Source of the DNA: Polymyxa betae A26-41
Lineage: Eukaryota; Protista; Endomyxa: Phytomyxea
Length of the DNA stretch: 64,000 nucleotides
NCBI GenBank assembly: GCA_003693705.1
Contig: RBZT01000995.1
Location: 1-64,000, forward strand
Direction of reading: 5' to 3'
The position numbers and the translations under genes were made by a program. Of the stretch, positions 63,206 through 64,000 are shown piece after piece; position 1 is the stretch's first letter; every line of letters starts with the position of its first letter. Below the pieces are notes generated by a model, which was not told where the DNA came from, made no database searches, and saw only the letters and a list, made by a program, of their open reading frames with translations.

Positions 63206-64000
63206 TCACGACTGTTTATAATTGATGCTGTAGGAGCCGGTGTTGGGATCTTTCACAGCCTGGAAGTTATCCAAACTCATACCGAACTTGCCCAAAATAC
63301 TGTTTCCTAATTCTTTCAGTTTTCCTGATATTCGTTATTAGAGCCTAATATGGTGCTGCATTCGTGAATAAAATGAACGAACCCATCATTTCTTCCTGCT
63401 GTTGTTTCTCCCAGACAGTCTTCACTGATTGAAGACGAGCAAGTTCTTTGATGTAGAGTTGATTTCCAGGTTTAATAGTTTGTGAAAGACATTCCATATC
63501 TGAAAATTAGAAATCAGAGCTGATCTACTTCAGTCATTACAAAAAACATAATCCCGACAGATAAGCAATGAGCTCAATAAATGATATAATATAGCAAGTT
63601 TAAAGACTCAAAACGACCTTGAATCGCTTCTGAATATTTATCGAGTTTTTCATAGGCTTTAACCCTTCTCAGCAAAGCCTTTTCATATTGTGAATCGATT
63701 TCAAGCGCTTTCGTACAATGTTCAACAGCCTATAACTACCCGGTCAACATCCTTAAAGAGCACAAGGACTGCCCATAACCTGTTCGAAATCATCGACAGC
63801 CAGAGCACATGCAGCTAGATTGCAATAACATGCAGCAGCTGTTCCATTCTGATCATGGCAGAGCTGCAGCGCTGCTCGATAATGAGCCTGGGCGCCATCA
63901 TAGTCACCGTCGCTATAGAGACGGTTGCCAGCGTCCTTATGAGCCAGAGCCTCGTCTGTCTGACCTTCCTGAACCTGATCATGATGCTCCTCAACGGCCG
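63206..64000 (-). CDS. TTC1: Tetratricopeptide repeat protein 1 (TTC1-like), 5' end beyond window
   Basis: TPR motif HKDAGNRLY..CYCNLAAC and C-terminal EEMMGKLKELGNSILGKFGMSLDNF...DPNTGSYSIN. Confidence 0.88.

Overview
Eukaryotic nuclear DNA from a very compact, intron-rich microbial eukaryote. It is roughly 40% GC by eye, uses the standard code, has about 44 genes in 64 kb, and most introns are 45-60 bp GT-AG. The architecture resembles plasmodiophorid-type protists, but the taxon cannot be determined from sequence alone. Most genes are housekeeping: PDCD2L/TSR4, AAGAB, a RAD51 paralog, glyoxalase II, GSKIP, SLC35B4, symplekin, SF3A2, NIFK, PRP43, an importin-alpha-like protein, BI-1, a PQ-loop transporter, SRP9, ACBD6-like, SPCS2, SHMT, a Qc-SNARE, TRM112, TRMO, exportin-7 and TTC1. 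Gene models were stitched by hand from the ORF track and splice signals. Highlights: (1) two complete, intronless, catalytically intact (DEDH) Argonaute paralogs in convergent orientation around a calaxin/NCS-like EF-hand gene, differing in codon/GC composition and in the MID specificity loop; (2) an apparently obligatory non-canonical GA-AG intron in SHMT, plus three GC-AG introns; (3) a bacterial-type acetylpolyamine amidohydrolase carrying six spliceosomal introns (candidate HGT); (4) a recurrent TACGGACT/CGGAC element about 60-90 bp upstream of RNA-processing genes; (5) a histone-H3-tail-like small basic protein, a zinc-ribbon-less TFIIB/Brf-like factor, a lipid-anchored ankyrin protein and a divergent LEA-like gene pair. 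No rRNA, tRNA, CRISPR array or intact transposon was recognised.
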